Source: a virus
Lineage: Duplodnaviria > Caudoviricetes
Strand: one strand, 5' to 3'
Virus record (IMG/VR): IMGVR_UViG_3300037839_000771
Span: 1 to 33,409 of that record
DNA length: 33,409 nt
Below, in pieces: positions 18,640 to 28,147 of this stretch. The position numbers were made by a program, and so were the translations under genes. The notes beneath the pieces are model-generated. The model worked only from the letters and a program-made list of their open reading frames with translations. It made no database searches and was not told the DNA's origin. Each line of letters starts with the position of its first letter. Within the stretch, counting starts at the first letter, position 1.

Positions 18640-19055
18640 GACTATTAAATGTTAATGGAAAACTAGTTAACAAGAACGTTACAAGATACTCAATTAATTG
18701 GCAAAAAAAAAGTAGAAGCAAGCTTCAATTTAAATTTAAAGAGTTTTTTTACCCTTACTGGAAGAACCATATAGTTTATGAAGAGTTTCCAGTATATGGA
18801 AGCATGCTTAAAATAGATTTATTAAATGCAACAAAAAAGATAGCGGTAGAGATACAAGGATCTCAACATGAATCCTTTAATAAATTCTTTCATGATAATT
18901 CAAGATTAAAATATCTTGACAGCATCAAAAGAGATGTTAAAAAAGAAAAATGGATAGAGTTAAATGAATTTAAATTCTTAGAGCTTTATGAGGACGACCT
19001 TAAAAATTTATCACCACAATATATAGAAGAAAAGTGTGGGATACTTATCATTTAA
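18636..19055 (+). CDS. Small PD-(D/E)XK endonuclease (DUF559/Vsr-like)
   Basis: EEFPV....KIDL....IAVEIQG.QH, RD..K..W...N. Confidence 0.7.
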   Translation: MRLLNVNGKLVNKNVTRYSINWQKKSRSKLQFKFKEFFYPYWKNHIVYEEFPVYGSMLKIDLLNATKKIAVEIQGSQHESFNKFFHDNSRLKYLDSIKRDVKKEKWIELNEFKFLELYEDDLKNLSPQYIEEKCGILII

Positions 19056-19061
19056 GTGTAA
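19056..19061 (+). promoter_or_regulatory. GTGTAA box 9 nt upstream of a start codon (candidate phage-specific promoter)
   Basis: Same hexamer and same 9-nt spacing as upstream of the minus-strand gene starting at 32871. Confidence 0.45.
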
Positions 19062-19070
19062 AACTTTATA

Positions 19071-19343
19071 GTGACTAATAAGAAAAAATTTAATTTTCCA
19101 GAATCTTTATTAAAACAGATTGATGAATGCAGTTACGGCGGGTATATTTTATTTAATTTTTCTGCAAAGGGTGAACCCCAAGTATATACAAAATTTGATA
19201 ATCAAATAAACGCTATGGCTCTTTTATATTATTTAAATACATGGGGTCAAAGTGTTGATCAATTGAATTTTGAAGCTACAACAGATTTAATTAATAGAAA
19301 TAATGAAAAAGAAGATGAACAAGATGAAGATGAGGATAGTTAA
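19071..19343 (+). CDS. Hypothetical protein with acidic C-terminus
   Basis: 90-aa GTG-start ORF ending EKEDEQDEDEDS. Confidence 0.75.
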   Translation: MTNKKKFNFPESLLKQIDECSYGGYILFNFSAKGEPQVYTKFDNQINAMALLYYLNTWGQSVDQLNFEATTDLINRNNEKEDEQDEDEDS

Positions 19344-19346
19344 AAC

Positions 19347-19375
19347 TTGACTTTTCATTTTTAGTTTGGTATCAT
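19347..19375 (+). promoter_or_regulatory. sigma70-like promoter for the dnaB operon
   Basis: TTGACT, 17 bp, TGgTATCAT. ATG is 10 nt downstream with no Shine-Dalgarno. Confidence 0.7.
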
Positions 19376-19384
19376 ATAGATTGA

Positions 19385-20869
19385 ATGATTTACTCCCTAC
19401 AAGTAGAACGCCATGTTCTTAGCGGTTTATTAAAATATCAAGATTTGTTCGCTGATATTGATGTCTTTTTATCTGAAAATGACTTCTTTAATGATGTTCA
19501 TTCTACTATTTATTCAGTATTCAAGAATATTAAATACAAAGGTGAAAATGTAGATAAGGTCTTATTAGCGGAAAAGATAAAGAATTTAGGGATATCTTTT
19601 AAAGATGAAATTAATATTTTTGATTATATAGATAATTTAACTTTTTCCCAGATCACAGAAGAAGCTACTATGACCGCTTGTAAAGAGTTAATTAAATTCC
19701 GAGTTCGAAGAGAGCTTTGTCAAACAGCAGATAATCTTAAAGAATATGTTACTAAGAACGCAGAAGATTCATTAGATGATATAATTGGTAAGATAGACGG
19801 GATATATAATAAAAAAATATCATCTTATTCTGAAAATGATATACCAATTAATATCTTTGAAGGAGTAGAGGATCTTATCGAAGAAAGAGGAAACTCACCC
19901 AAAGACGAAACTGGACTTATAACGCCATACTCAGAATTTAATAGAATGTATGGCGGTTTAAAAAATGGTAATATTTATGCTATCGCTAGTAGACCTGGAC
20001 AAGGCAAATCGACTTGGCTCAATGACATCTGCTTTAAAACTGCGATTAACCCAAAGAATAAAACAAAGACTTTGATTTTGGATACCGAAATGCAAACCGT
20101 AGATATTCAATTAAGAATGGTTGCATCTTTGAGTAGGGTACCAGTTTGGTATCTTGAAACTGGCAACTGGCGCAAAAACGAAGAGATGACAAAGAAAGTT
20201 AGAGAAGCTTGGAGCAAGGTAAAGAAATATGAATATTTTCATTATCATGTTGGTAATAAAAATATAGATCAAATTTGCTCGATTATCCGTAGATGGTATC
20301 TTTCAAAAGTTGGCAGAGGAAATCAAGCAATGATCGCTTATGATTATATAAAACTAACTGGAGAAAAAGTTGGCCAAAATTGGGCAGAGCATCAAGCCAT
20401 TGGAGATAAAATTGATAAACTTAAAAGAATATCGGAAGAAATTCAATGTCCAGTAGTTACTGCAATGCAATTAAATAGAACTGGAGAAAGCTTTAATAGA
20501 AAGGGCGCGGAAGTAGTTGATGATAGTTCAGTAATCTCTTTATCAGACAGACTTCAATGGTTTGCTTCTTTCGTGGCAATCTTTAGAAGAAAAACTTTAG
20601 ACGAACTTGCTTTAGACGGTCAAGCGTTTGGTACGCACAAATTGATACCAACGAAAACTAGATTTCAAGGTAAAGACGCTGCGGGTCATCAAGATTTAGT
20701 TAGGAGATTAGATTGCACGGGCAAAGAAACATGGGCGCAAAATTACTTAAATTATCAAGTAGAAAATTTTAATATCGAAGAGCGCGGCTCTTTGAACGAT
20801 GTATCTGCCTCTCAAAGAGAGCGTTATGAACTTAATGACTCTAATCAAAATGATGGAGAAATACTATGA
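19385..20869 (+). CDS. dnaB: Replicative DNA helicase DnaB-like
   Basis: N-terminal ER.VL..L...F....H..I; Walker A ASRPGQGKS, DTEM, YDYIKL, AMQLNR, K.R. Confidence 0.93.
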   Translation: MIYSLQVERHVLSGLLKYQDLFADIDVFLSENDFFNDVHSTIYSVFKNIKYKGENVDKVLLAEKIKNLGISFKDEINIFDYIDNLTFSQITEEATMTACKELIKFRVRRELCQTADNLKEYVTKNAEDSLDDIIGKIDGIYNKKISSYSENDIPINIFEGVEDLIEERGNSPKDETGLITPYSEFNRMYGGLKNGNIYAIASRPGQGKSTWLNDICFKTAINPKNKTKTLILDTEMQTVDIQLRMVASLSRVPVWYLETGNWRKNEEMTKKVREAWSKVKKYEYFHYHVGNKNIDQICSIIRRWYLSKVGRGNQAMIAYDYIKLTGEKVGQNWAEHQAIGDKIDKLKRISEEIQCPVVTAMQLNRTGESFNRKGAEVVDDSSVISLSDRLQWFASFVAIFRRKTLDELALDGQAFGTHKLIPTKTRFQGKDAAGHQDLVRRLDCTGKETWAQNYLNYQVENFNIEERGSLNDVSASQRERYELNDSNQNDGEIL

Positions 20870-21522
20870 ATGTAAAATTAATATCAACCACAGCCCCAAA
20901 AATAACAGGAATAGAAAAAGCAGAACATCTAATAGCTTATTATGCTAGAGTTAGTAATCCTTCAAATCAATTCAATAAAGAAACTGCTCCAAAGTTGTTA
21001 GCGTTTCTTATTAAACACAAGCATTGGAGTCCATTTGAAATGGTAGATATGGCTATTGAAATTAAAACTAGTAGAGCTATCGCAGCTCAAATTTTAAGGC
21101 ATAGATCTTTTAATTTTCAAGAGTTCTCTCAAAGATATAGTGAAGCTACCGATTATGAAGACGTGGAACTAAGACTTCAAGGAAATAAGAATCGCCAAGT
21201 TGGAGAAGACCTTTTATCTAAAAATCATCCAGAATACAATAATTTAAATGGACTAATAGCAGAAACTCTTTCTTTATCAGAGCATTGTTACAGAACTATG
21301 ATAGATAATGGCATAGCTAAAGAAGTAGCAAGAATGGTTTTACCTTTGACAACACAAACAACCATTTACATGAAAGGGTCTTTAAGAAGTTGGATTCACT
21401 ACATTGAATTAAGGACTCAAGAAAACACTCAAAAAGAACACAGGTTAATTGCTGATGAATGTAAAAAAATATTCATACATAACTTTACAGTAATAGCAGA
21501 GGCATTAGAATGGAAGAATTAA
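20866..21522 (+). CDS. thyX: FAD-dependent thymidylate synthase
   Basis: ARVS, HWSPFE, QILRHRSF.FQEFSQRY (RHRX7S), EVAR.VLP, TQKEH. Confidence 0.96.
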   Translation: MNVKLISTTAPKITGIEKAEHLIAYYARVSNPSNQFNKETAPKLLAFLIKHKHWSPFEMVDMAIEIKTSRAIAAQILRHRSFNFQEFSQRYSEATDYEDVELRLQGNKNRQVGEDLLSKNHPEYNNLNGLIAETLSLSEHCYRTMIDNGIAKEVARMVLPLTTQTTIYMKGSLRSWIHYIELRTQENTQKEHRLIADECKKIFIHNFTVIAEALEWKN

Positions 21523-22415
21523 ACGTCTTTCAAGTCCTTACTGATTTAGGATACAAATTGAAAGATCATGGCAAGGAATATCGCGCAAGACCTTTGTACA
21601 GAGATAGTGATAACGACACAGTATTAAAAATAGAAAAAATTAGTGGTAATTGGTTTGATTTTAAGCAGAATATAAGCGGTGATTTAAATTCATTAGTAAA
21701 ATTAACTTTAAAATTAGATGGTGTTGATGAAGCAAAGCAATGGCTTAAAAATAAAAATTTTATATCTCAAGTGTCCACAAATATAGAAAAGCCTTTAATT
21801 AAATCTCCTAAAAGTTTTGATATAAACATTTTGGATAGGCTAGAGAATCGGCACGATTATTGGATCAATAGAAATATAACCCAAGAAACTGTATCTCAAT
21901 TTAAAGGTGGTGTAGCTTATGCTGGTAAAATGAAAAATAGATATGTTTTTCCTATTTTCAATTTAAGAAATAATATTATAGGTTTTTCTGGTAGAGATAT
22001 CACAAATATGTCTAATATAAAATGGAAGCATCTTGGAGAAAAAAGTGACTTTTTATATCCGTTATTTCTAAATCATTCTATACTGCAAGAGCAAAAAGAA
22101 ATCATATTGGTAGAGAGCGTAGGAGATATGCTAAATCTTTGGCAAAGCGGCATCAAAAATGTTCTAGTCACTTTTGGCACTAGTCTCAGTTTGCCAGTAT
22201 TAAATCATATGCTCAAATTAGATATTAAAAAAATATATATTAGTTTGAATAATGATTCAAATAAAAATATGGCAGGAAATATTGGCGCAGATAAAATCCA
22301 CACTAGACTCAAAAGATATTTTGATCAACGACAACTTAAAATAGCATTACCTATTAAAAAAGATTTCGGAGAAATGACGAGAGAGGAAATACTTCAATGG
22401 AAAAAAGCTCTTTAA
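21510..22415 (+). CDS. dnaG: DnaG-type (TOPRIM) DNA primase, divergent
   Basis: RYVFPI......IIGFSGR, ILVESVGD, FGTSLS, ISLNND...AG, KDFGE. Lies in the dnaB operon. Confidence 0.85.
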   Translation: MEELNVFQVLTDLGYKLKDHGKEYRARPLYRDSDNDTVLKIEKISGNWFDFKQNISGDLNSLVKLTLKLDGVDEAKQWLKNKNFISQVSTNIEKPLIKSPKSFDINILDRLENRHDYWINRNITQETVSQFKGGVAYAGKMKNRYVFPIFNLRNNIIGFSGRDITNMSNIKWKHLGEKSDFLYPLFLNHSILQEQKEIILVESVGDMLNLWQSGIKNVLVTFGTSLSLPVLNHMLKLDIKKIYISLNNDSNKNMAGNIGADKIHTRLKRYFDQRQLKIALPIKKDFGEMTREEILQWKKAL

Positions 22416-23347
22416 AAGTTTTATCTGCTTCTAGAATTAAAACTCTTGAAACTTGTTCTTGGGTCTATTGGAATAATTATCATGATAAAGTTCCTCAAGC
22501 TCAAAACGAAGGAGCTTTGAGGGGTACTATATGCCATACAGTTTTTGAATTATTGTTAAAAGAAAGACATAAAAGACATTACGACATTATAATTGCAAAT
22601 AATTCAATTAACGGTAGTAAAGGCATATCTAAATTAGTTAAAAAACTATCATTGAAAGTCGGTCTTATTGAATCTCATTACGAATTATTGGATCAAATGA
22701 TACTAGTAGGTCTTAAAGAAGATTTTTTTGGAGAGAATGGAAAAATAGTAAAACCAGAATATGCATTTAATATTCAAAATGATAACCCTAAATATCATAT
22801 TCGTGGATTCATGGATAAGCCCATTAAAATCAAAAAAGAAATGCATATAATCGACTACAAGAGCTCCAAATATAAATTCAGGGGAGATGAGCTAGAAGCC
22901 AATATTCAGGCTATGATGTATAGTCTAGCCAGCAAAAAGCTTTGGCCTAAATTAAAACCTATAATCAAATTTCTTTTTCTTAGATTTCCTAAAAAGCCCA
23001 CTCAAGAGCTTTCATTTAATGATGAACAGATAAAAGGTTTTGAATATTACCTAGAGCATATTAATGAATATATAAATAATTTTGATGAAGATAGCGCAAA
23101 GGCTAATTTCGCAGTAGATAATCAAAAGAATAAATGGATGTGTGGGATAGGATCTTGGGTTTGCCCATATAAATCACCTTATGATTATTATGTTAAAATA
23201 AATGAAGGTGGGGAAATAGTAGAAACCAGCCTAAAGAATGATTTTAAAAATATTGATGGGTTTAAAATAGAAATTAGAAACTATAATGGATGCCCAAAAT
23301 TCAACAACAAACAAGGCGATGCAAAGAAAGATAGCTTTTTAGATTGA
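22397..23347 (+). CDS. PD-(D/E)XK exonuclease (RecB/AddB/Cas4-like superfamily)
   Basis: LSASRI....C, RGT..H..FE, E..F, IRGFMD, IIDYKS, Q..MY, C-terminal Cys cluster. Confidence 0.85.
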   Translation: MEKSSLKVLSASRIKTLETCSWVYWNNYHDKVPQAQNEGALRGTICHTVFELLLKERHKRHYDIIIANNSINGSKGISKLVKKLSLKVGLIESHYELLDQMILVGLKEDFFGENGKIVKPEYAFNIQNDNPKYHIRGFMDKPIKIKKEMHIIDYKSSKYKFRGDELEANIQAMMYSLASKKLWPKLKPIIKFLFLRFPKKPTQELSFNDEQIKGFEYYLEHINEYINNFDEDSAKANFAVDNQKNKWMCGIGSWVCPYKSPYDYYVKINEGGEIVETSLKNDFKNIDGFKIEIRNYNGCPKFNNKQGDAKKDSFLD

Positions 23348-23372
23348 TTTTTTATAAAATTATTGTTAAGCT
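23344..23372 (+). promoter_or_regulatory. sigma70-like promoter for the polymerase operon
   Basis: TTGATT, 17 bp, TGtTAAGCT. ATG is 8 nt downstream. Confidence 0.55.
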
Positions 23373-23379
23373 AGTATAA

Positions 23380-24126
23380 ATGATACCGTTATTCAAATCT
23401 CACTACTCTTTGGGTAGATCTATTTTAACCCTTGAAGATAAAGACGAAATGGACGATTATCCAGATTCCATTATCCAAATCTGCAAACAAAACAAGATGA
23501 AAGAACTTTATCTAGTAGAAGATAACATGTCTTCATTTCTTGAAGCTTATTCTAATTGTCGTAAAAATAATATCAAATTGAATTACGGATTAAGAATATC
23601 TGTTACAGAATCAATGAGCGATAAATCTGAAGAGTCAAAAACCAAGTCCTCAAAGATTATTTTATTCTTTAAAAATAAAAAAGGATATCAGCAATTAACA
23701 AAGCTTTATAGTATTGCAGCAAAAGAAGGTTTTTATTACGAACCAAGATTAGATTACGAAACAATTTCTAAAAATTGGACTGATGATTTAATTTTATGTA
23801 TACCTTTTTATGATTCTTTTATATTCAATAATACTCTTAGAAATAGCCTTTGTATTCCTCAGTTTGATTTTACAAAACCTATATTTTTTATAGAGGATAA
23901 TGACCTACCATTTGATTCGCTAGTAAAAGAAAGGGCTTTATCTTTTGCAGAAAAAAATGGTCTAAAAATATATAAAGCACAAAGCATTTTTTATAACTTA
24001 AGAGAAGACTTTAAAGCTTACCTAACTTTTAGGTGCATTAACAATAGAAGTATTTTGAATAAACCTAATTTAGATCATATGTCAAGTAGTGAATTTTGTT
24101 TTGAAAGTATTGGTAAAAGGAGTTAA
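23380..24126 (+). CDS. Stand-alone PHP domain of DNA polymerase III alpha
   Basis: SHYSLGRS (cf. .YS.LDG), K..IK..YG, ILF.KN.KGYQQL.KL.S, GFYY.PR.D are DnaE N-terminal hallmarks. Confidence 0.85.
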   Translation: MIPLFKSHYSLGRSILTLEDKDEMDDYPDSIIQICKQNKMKELYLVEDNMSSFLEAYSNCRKNNIKLNYGLRISVTESMSDKSEESKTKSSKIILFFKNKKGYQQLTKLYSIAAKEGFYYEPRLDYETISKNWTDDLILCIPFYDSFIFNNTLRNSLCIPQFDFTKPIFFIEDNDLPFDSLVKERALSFAEKNGLKIYKAQSIFYNLREDFKAYLTFRCINNRSILNKPNLDHMSSSEFCFESIGKRS

Positions 24127-24765
24127 ATGGACGAGCATCTTTTAAGATACGATAAAGATAAGACTATAGTTTTTATAGATTGCGAGACTTTTAATCTTTG
24201 TCTAAACTTTTGCCATAATATTCCTTGGCAAATAGCAATGATAAAAGTTAAAGGTGATAAGAAAATAGATCAGAAGAACTTTTACTTGAAATGGGATACA
24301 GATTTAAAGATAAGCGAAGATGCTGCAAGAATAACAAGATATGATCACAGAAAAGTCCAAAAAGAAGGCTTTGATCCCAAAGAGGTATTCCCTACTATAA
24401 AAGATTGGCTTGATCATGCAGATTATATCATAGGGCATAATATTTTAGGATTTGACATTTATCTCATAAAAGAATATTATAAAACCATGCAGTCGAATTG
24501 GAAAGGATTAATGAATAAAATTATAGATACTAATGCCGTGGCAAGAGGGATTAAATATAATTCTATTTATACTCCTAAAGATGATTTACTTGAATATCAA
24601 TATAAAATTCTTAACACCAGAAAGAAAAACGTCAAAAGCTCTTTAACTTTTTTGGGTAAAGAAAACGGTATAGACCATGATTACGAAAGTCTTCATGACG
24701 CTATAAATGATCTTGATTTAAATTTAAAAGTGTGGAATAAATTAAAATGGCAGATAGAGGTATAA
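24127..24765 (+). CDS. DEDDh 3'-5' exonuclease (DnaQ/epsilon-like)
   Basis: ExoI FIDCET, ExoII GHNILGFD, ExoIII HDAIND. Confidence 0.9.
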   Translation: MDEHLLRYDKDKTIVFIDCETFNLCLNFCHNIPWQIAMIKVKGDKKIDQKNFYLKWDTDLKISEDAARITRYDHRKVQKEGFDPKEVFPTIKDWLDHADYIIGHNILGFDIYLIKEYYKTMQSNWKGLMNKIIDTNAVARGIKYNSIYTPKDDLLEYQYKILNTRKKNVKSSLTFLGKENGIDHDYESLHDAINDLDLNLKVWNKLKWQIEV

Positions 24766-24766
24766 A

Positions 24767-24994
24767 ATGGGTTCACTAGATAATGTTTATGATACAATAC
24801 AGAAGCTAGAGGATTACGGTATAGAATATCTTCTAATAACTATAGAAAAAGGCAAGAAGAAAGGAAAGGCCGATGTATTTTATAGTTTAAAAGACAAAGC
24901 TTCTATGAAAATATTATCAAAAGGACTAGAGATTTTTAATGAACAAATAGATAAAATTGAACAAGAGCAAGAGGAAGATGAAAACGAAGACTAA
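24767..24994 (+). CDS. Small hypothetical protein with acidic tail
   Basis: 75-aa ORF between the exonuclease and the polymerase, ending EQEQEEDENED. Confidence 0.65.
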   Translation: MGSLDNVYDTIQKLEDYGIEYLLITIEKGKKKGKADVFYSLKDKASMKILSKGLEIFNEQIDKIEQEQEEDENED

Positions 24995-27572
24995 TAATTA
25001 TTCTGATAGTAAAGAGTTCTCAGATGAATTTGAATCAATAGAACTAGATATTCATGGAGTTCGATTACCAGAGTTTGAAATTGATTTAGCGTCCAAAAGA
25101 CATTTGGGAATAAGTGAAGATGTATCAAATTATGATTTTTTAAGAGCTTTAGCTTCAAATGGATTTAAAACTTTAAATATAAATAAGTCCGATAAGAACT
25201 ACAAAAAATATGTTGATAGAGCAAAACATGAATTAGAAACTTTAAAAGAGTTAGGGTTTATTGATTATATATTACTCGTATGGGATGTTATCCATTTTTG
25301 TAAAACTAGCGATATCCCAATAGGTCTAGGCAGAGGCTCGGCGGCGGGCTCTTTGATATTGTATTTGGTAGGTGTTACCAGAATCGATCCAGTTAAATAC
25401 GACCTTTATTTCGAAAGATTTATATCTAAGATTCGTGCTAAAAAGCAGGTTATTGATGGAGTGACGTATCTAGACGGCAGTTTAATGTGTGACGTAGATT
25501 TAGATATTTGTTATTATAATCGTCAAAAAGTACTTCAATATTTAGAGAATAAATTTAAAGGTAAAACTAGTAAGATATTAACCTTCAATAGTTTAAGTGG
25601 AAAATTGCTTATTAAAGAGTGTGGAAAAATCGTAGCCGAAAAACCAGAGCAAGAAATGACGATGATCTCTTCTTTGATTCCTAAAACCTATGGTCAAGTT
25701 AAGAATATCTCAGAAGCTTATCAAGAAGTTGAGCAATTTAAAGAATGGTGCGACCAAAATAAAGAAGCATATCAAATTGCACTTAAATTAAGAGACTTAA
25801 TCAAGAATAAAGGTGTTCATCCTTCTGGGGTGCTGCTTTCTTATTATGATTTAGAAACGATATGCCCAACAGAATTTTCTTCAGATAAAGAAGTGGTATC
25901 TAGTTTTGATATGAATTGGGCTAGCGTCTTTAATATAAAGCTAGATATTCTTGGCTTAAGAAGCGTATCCGTAGTAGATAATGTTTGCAAAAGTATCAAT
26001 ATAAAGATAGAAGATATAGATTTAAACCATGAATCTATTTATAGAAATCTACAAGACTTAAAATCGCCACATGGCTTATTCCAAATTGAAGCAGAAACTA
26101 ATTTTAGAGTATGTCAAAAAGTTAAACCGAAAAATCTAGAAGAACTTAGTGGCGTTCTTGCTTTAGCTAGACCTGGAGCACTTCAATTCGTAGATAAATA
26201 TGCAGCTCATACAAATTATCAACAATCAGAAAGTATCCATCCGTTCTTCGATGAGATCTTAAAAGAAACTGGCGGAGTTGCTTTATATCAAGAGCAATTA
26301 ATGAAAATGGCTCATAAGATTGGCTTTACTTTAGATGAAGCAGAAATCTTAAGAAGAATCGTAGGTAAAAAGAAAACTGAAGAAATCAAAGCTTGGCAAC
26401 AAAAGATCGAACAAAAATGTAAACAAAATAAAATTCCAAAAGAAGTAAGCGAAATTCTTTGGAAGATTCTTGAAGATTCTGCTAATTACTCTTTTAATAA
26501 ATCACACTCTATAGCTTATGCTGGATTAGCAGCAATCACAATTTATCTTAAATTTAATTATCCTCAACAATTCTTTTTATCATTACTAAAGATGAGTAGG
26601 AATGAGCCAGATCCAATTGGAGAAATATCTAAGATTCAAAAAGAAATGCATAACTTTGGAATCAAGCTCCTCCCTCCACATATTATAAAATCAGAAATGG
26701 ATTTCTCAATCGAAGATAAGGATATCAGGTTTGGTTTATTATCAATCAAAGGAATTAGCGACAAATCAATAGAAAAACTAAATAGTTTTAGAAATAAATA
26801 CTCTAATAAATTTGAAATATTTGAAGCCGCAGAAGAAGCTGGATTAAATATTGGAGCATTATCTGCATTAATTCAAGCTGGAGCTCTGAGTGGATTCAAT
26901 CAATCTAGAAGTAAAATAGTACTAGAAGTTCAATTATGGAATATGCTGACCTCTAAGGAAAAAAAATATGTTATATCATTTGCAGATAAATTTGATTATG
27001 ATTTAATTAAAATAATTAAACACCTTAATAAATTTACTGATGAGAAAAATAAAGTTGTAATTAAAGATAATAGATTACATACTATCAAAGAAAAATATGC
27101 ACCATACTTGAGCATATATGAGCAAAATAATAAAAGTGAAAGTTTTGCTAATTGGTATTATGAAAAGAAACTTTTGGGATATACCTATAATAAGAATCTA
27201 AAAGATATCTTTTCTGAAAAAAGAGAGAACCTTAAATATATATCTGATATATTAGACGAACCAGTAAATGCTAAAGTAGCTTTAGTCGGACAGATAGAAG
27301 AAGTATTTTCTGGTATATCTAAAAATGCTAAAAAGACAAGATATGTCAGATTAAAGATATCAGATGAAACAAGCACGATTAGCGTATTAATATTCAATGA
27401 CAATATTGAGACAAATAAACTACTAAATAATAGGAATTTTGAAGAAGGAAACATCGTGATAGTTAAGGGTTCAAAAAGAGATGATTGTATATTTGGCGAT
27501 TTAATAGCTATTCAAGATCATGAGATTTATATGAAATTAAATGATTTAAAAAAGATTGATAAAAATAATTGA
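24978..27572 (+). CDS. dnaE: DNA polymerase III alpha catalytic subunit lacking the PHP domain
   Basis: GF.DY.L.V.D, GRGSAAGS, FERF, DVDLD, HPSG, KLDILGL, FQIE, RPG, YQEQ.M, YSFNKSH, IRFGL..IKG, C-terminal OB-like region. ATG 24978 preferred to TTG 24957. Confidence 0.95.
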   Translation: MKTKTNNYSDSKEFSDEFESIELDIHGVRLPEFEIDLASKRHLGISEDVSNYDFLRALASNGFKTLNINKSDKNYKKYVDRAKHELETLKELGFIDYILLVWDVIHFCKTSDIPIGLGRGSAAGSLILYLVGVTRIDPVKYDLYFERFISKIRAKKQVIDGVTYLDGSLMCDVDLDICYYNRQKVLQYLENKFKGKTSKILTFNSLSGKLLIKECGKIVAEKPEQEMTMISSLIPKTYGQVKNISEAYQEVEQFKEWCDQNKEAYQIALKLRDLIKNKGVHPSGVLLSYYDLETICPTEFSSDKEVVSSFDMNWASVFNIKLDILGLRSVSVVDNVCKSINIKIEDIDLNHESIYRNLQDLKSPHGLFQIEAETNFRVCQKVKPKNLEELSGVLALARPGALQFVDKYAAHTNYQQSESIHPFFDEILKETGGVALYQEQLMKMAHKIGFTLDEAEILRRIVGKKKTEEIKAWQQKIEQKCKQNKIPKEVSEILWKILEDSANYSFNKSHSIAYAGLAAITIYLKFNYPQQFFLSLLKMSRNEPDPIGEISKIQKEMHNFGIKLLPPHIIKSEMDFSIEDKDIRFGLLSIKGISDKSIEKLNSFRNKYSNKFEIFEAAEEAGLNIGALSALIQAGALSGFNQSRSKIVLEVQLWNMLTSKEKKYVISFADKFDYDLIKIIKHLNKFTDEKNKVVIKDNRLHTIKEKYAPYLSIYEQNNKSESFANWYYEKKLLGYTYNKNLKDIFSEKRENLKYISDILDEPVNAKVALVGQIEEVFSGISKNAKKTRYVRLKISDETSTISVLIFNDNIETNKLLNNRNFEEGNIVIVKGSKRDDCIFGDLIAIQDHEIYMKLNDLKKIDKNN

Positions 27573-27597
27573 CATTTGATTATAGTTGATATAATAT
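27569..27597 (+). promoter_or_regulatory. sigma70-like promoter
   Basis: TTGACA (27569-27574) with TGaTATAAT (to 27595) or TAATAT at 17-bp spacing. ATG at 27605. Confidence 0.7.
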
Positions 27598-27604
27598 AAG
27601 CTAT

Positions 27605-28147
27605 ATGATTTCATTTTATAAACCAAATAGTAAAAATACTGGGACTGCTTGCAGTTTCACAGTTAATACAAAAGATGCCTCGATATGGGGATCATTAATT
27701 AAACAATCTTCTTGGAACGAGATTAAGAAAATCGGTTCATTTTCAGAAAATCAAAATAATCCAAATAAAAGCGTCAAAGTAAAATTTTCATTAACAGAAG
27801 CCGCTGGAATTTTAGATGCTATTGATAGAAATATAGAGTTTTCTGCTTATCATAGTTCTGAAAAACAAACTACGAGAATTAAATTTTGCCCATATATTAG
27901 AGACGAAAAACAAGTAGGATATTCGTATTCTGTAAATAAAGAAGACAAGCAAAATAGCGAAAATAAACAATCTTATTTAATTGGATTTTATTTTAATGAA
28001 GCTTCCCTTGTTAAAGAATTTCTAAGATTTGCGTTGCATTCCACTTTTCATCAACAAGAAATAGAAAATATTAAAAGATTAAAGAATAGAAAGACTGAAT
28101 CTGGCGACTCGACACCTAATGTAGAGACAGAAGGCGATCTTTGGTGA
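27605..28147 (+). CDS. Putative ssDNA-binding protein, Whirly/PC4-like fold with acidic tail
   Basis: FYK, KFSLTEAAGIL, FSAYH, GYSYSV, FNEASLV pattern parallels Whirly domains. Ends ETEGDLW and sits next to dnaE. Confidence 0.5.
   Translation: MISFYKPNSKNTGTACSFTVNTKDASIWGSLIKQSSWNEIKKIGSFSENQNNPNKSVKVKFSLTEAAGILDAIDRNIEFSAYHSSEKQTTRIKFCPYIRDEKQVGYSYSVNKEDKQNSENKQSYLIGFYFNEASLVKEFLRFALHSTFHQQEIENIKRLKNRKTESGDSTPNVETEGDLW

Noticed and set aside
22397-23347. Cas4 / CRISPR system
   Set aside because: No repeat-spacer array or other cas genes in the window; the context is replication.
24121-24129. Programmed readthrough fusing PHP and exonuclease
   Set aside because: The stop is TAA followed directly by ATG, with no downstream stimulatory structure seen; re-initiation is the simpler explanation.
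17494-27572. Inteins or introns in RecA, DnaB, DnaE (and the visible part of NrdA)
   Set aside because: Lengths are normal or short, motifs are contiguous, and no C...HN splice junctions or LAGLIDADG motifs are seen.
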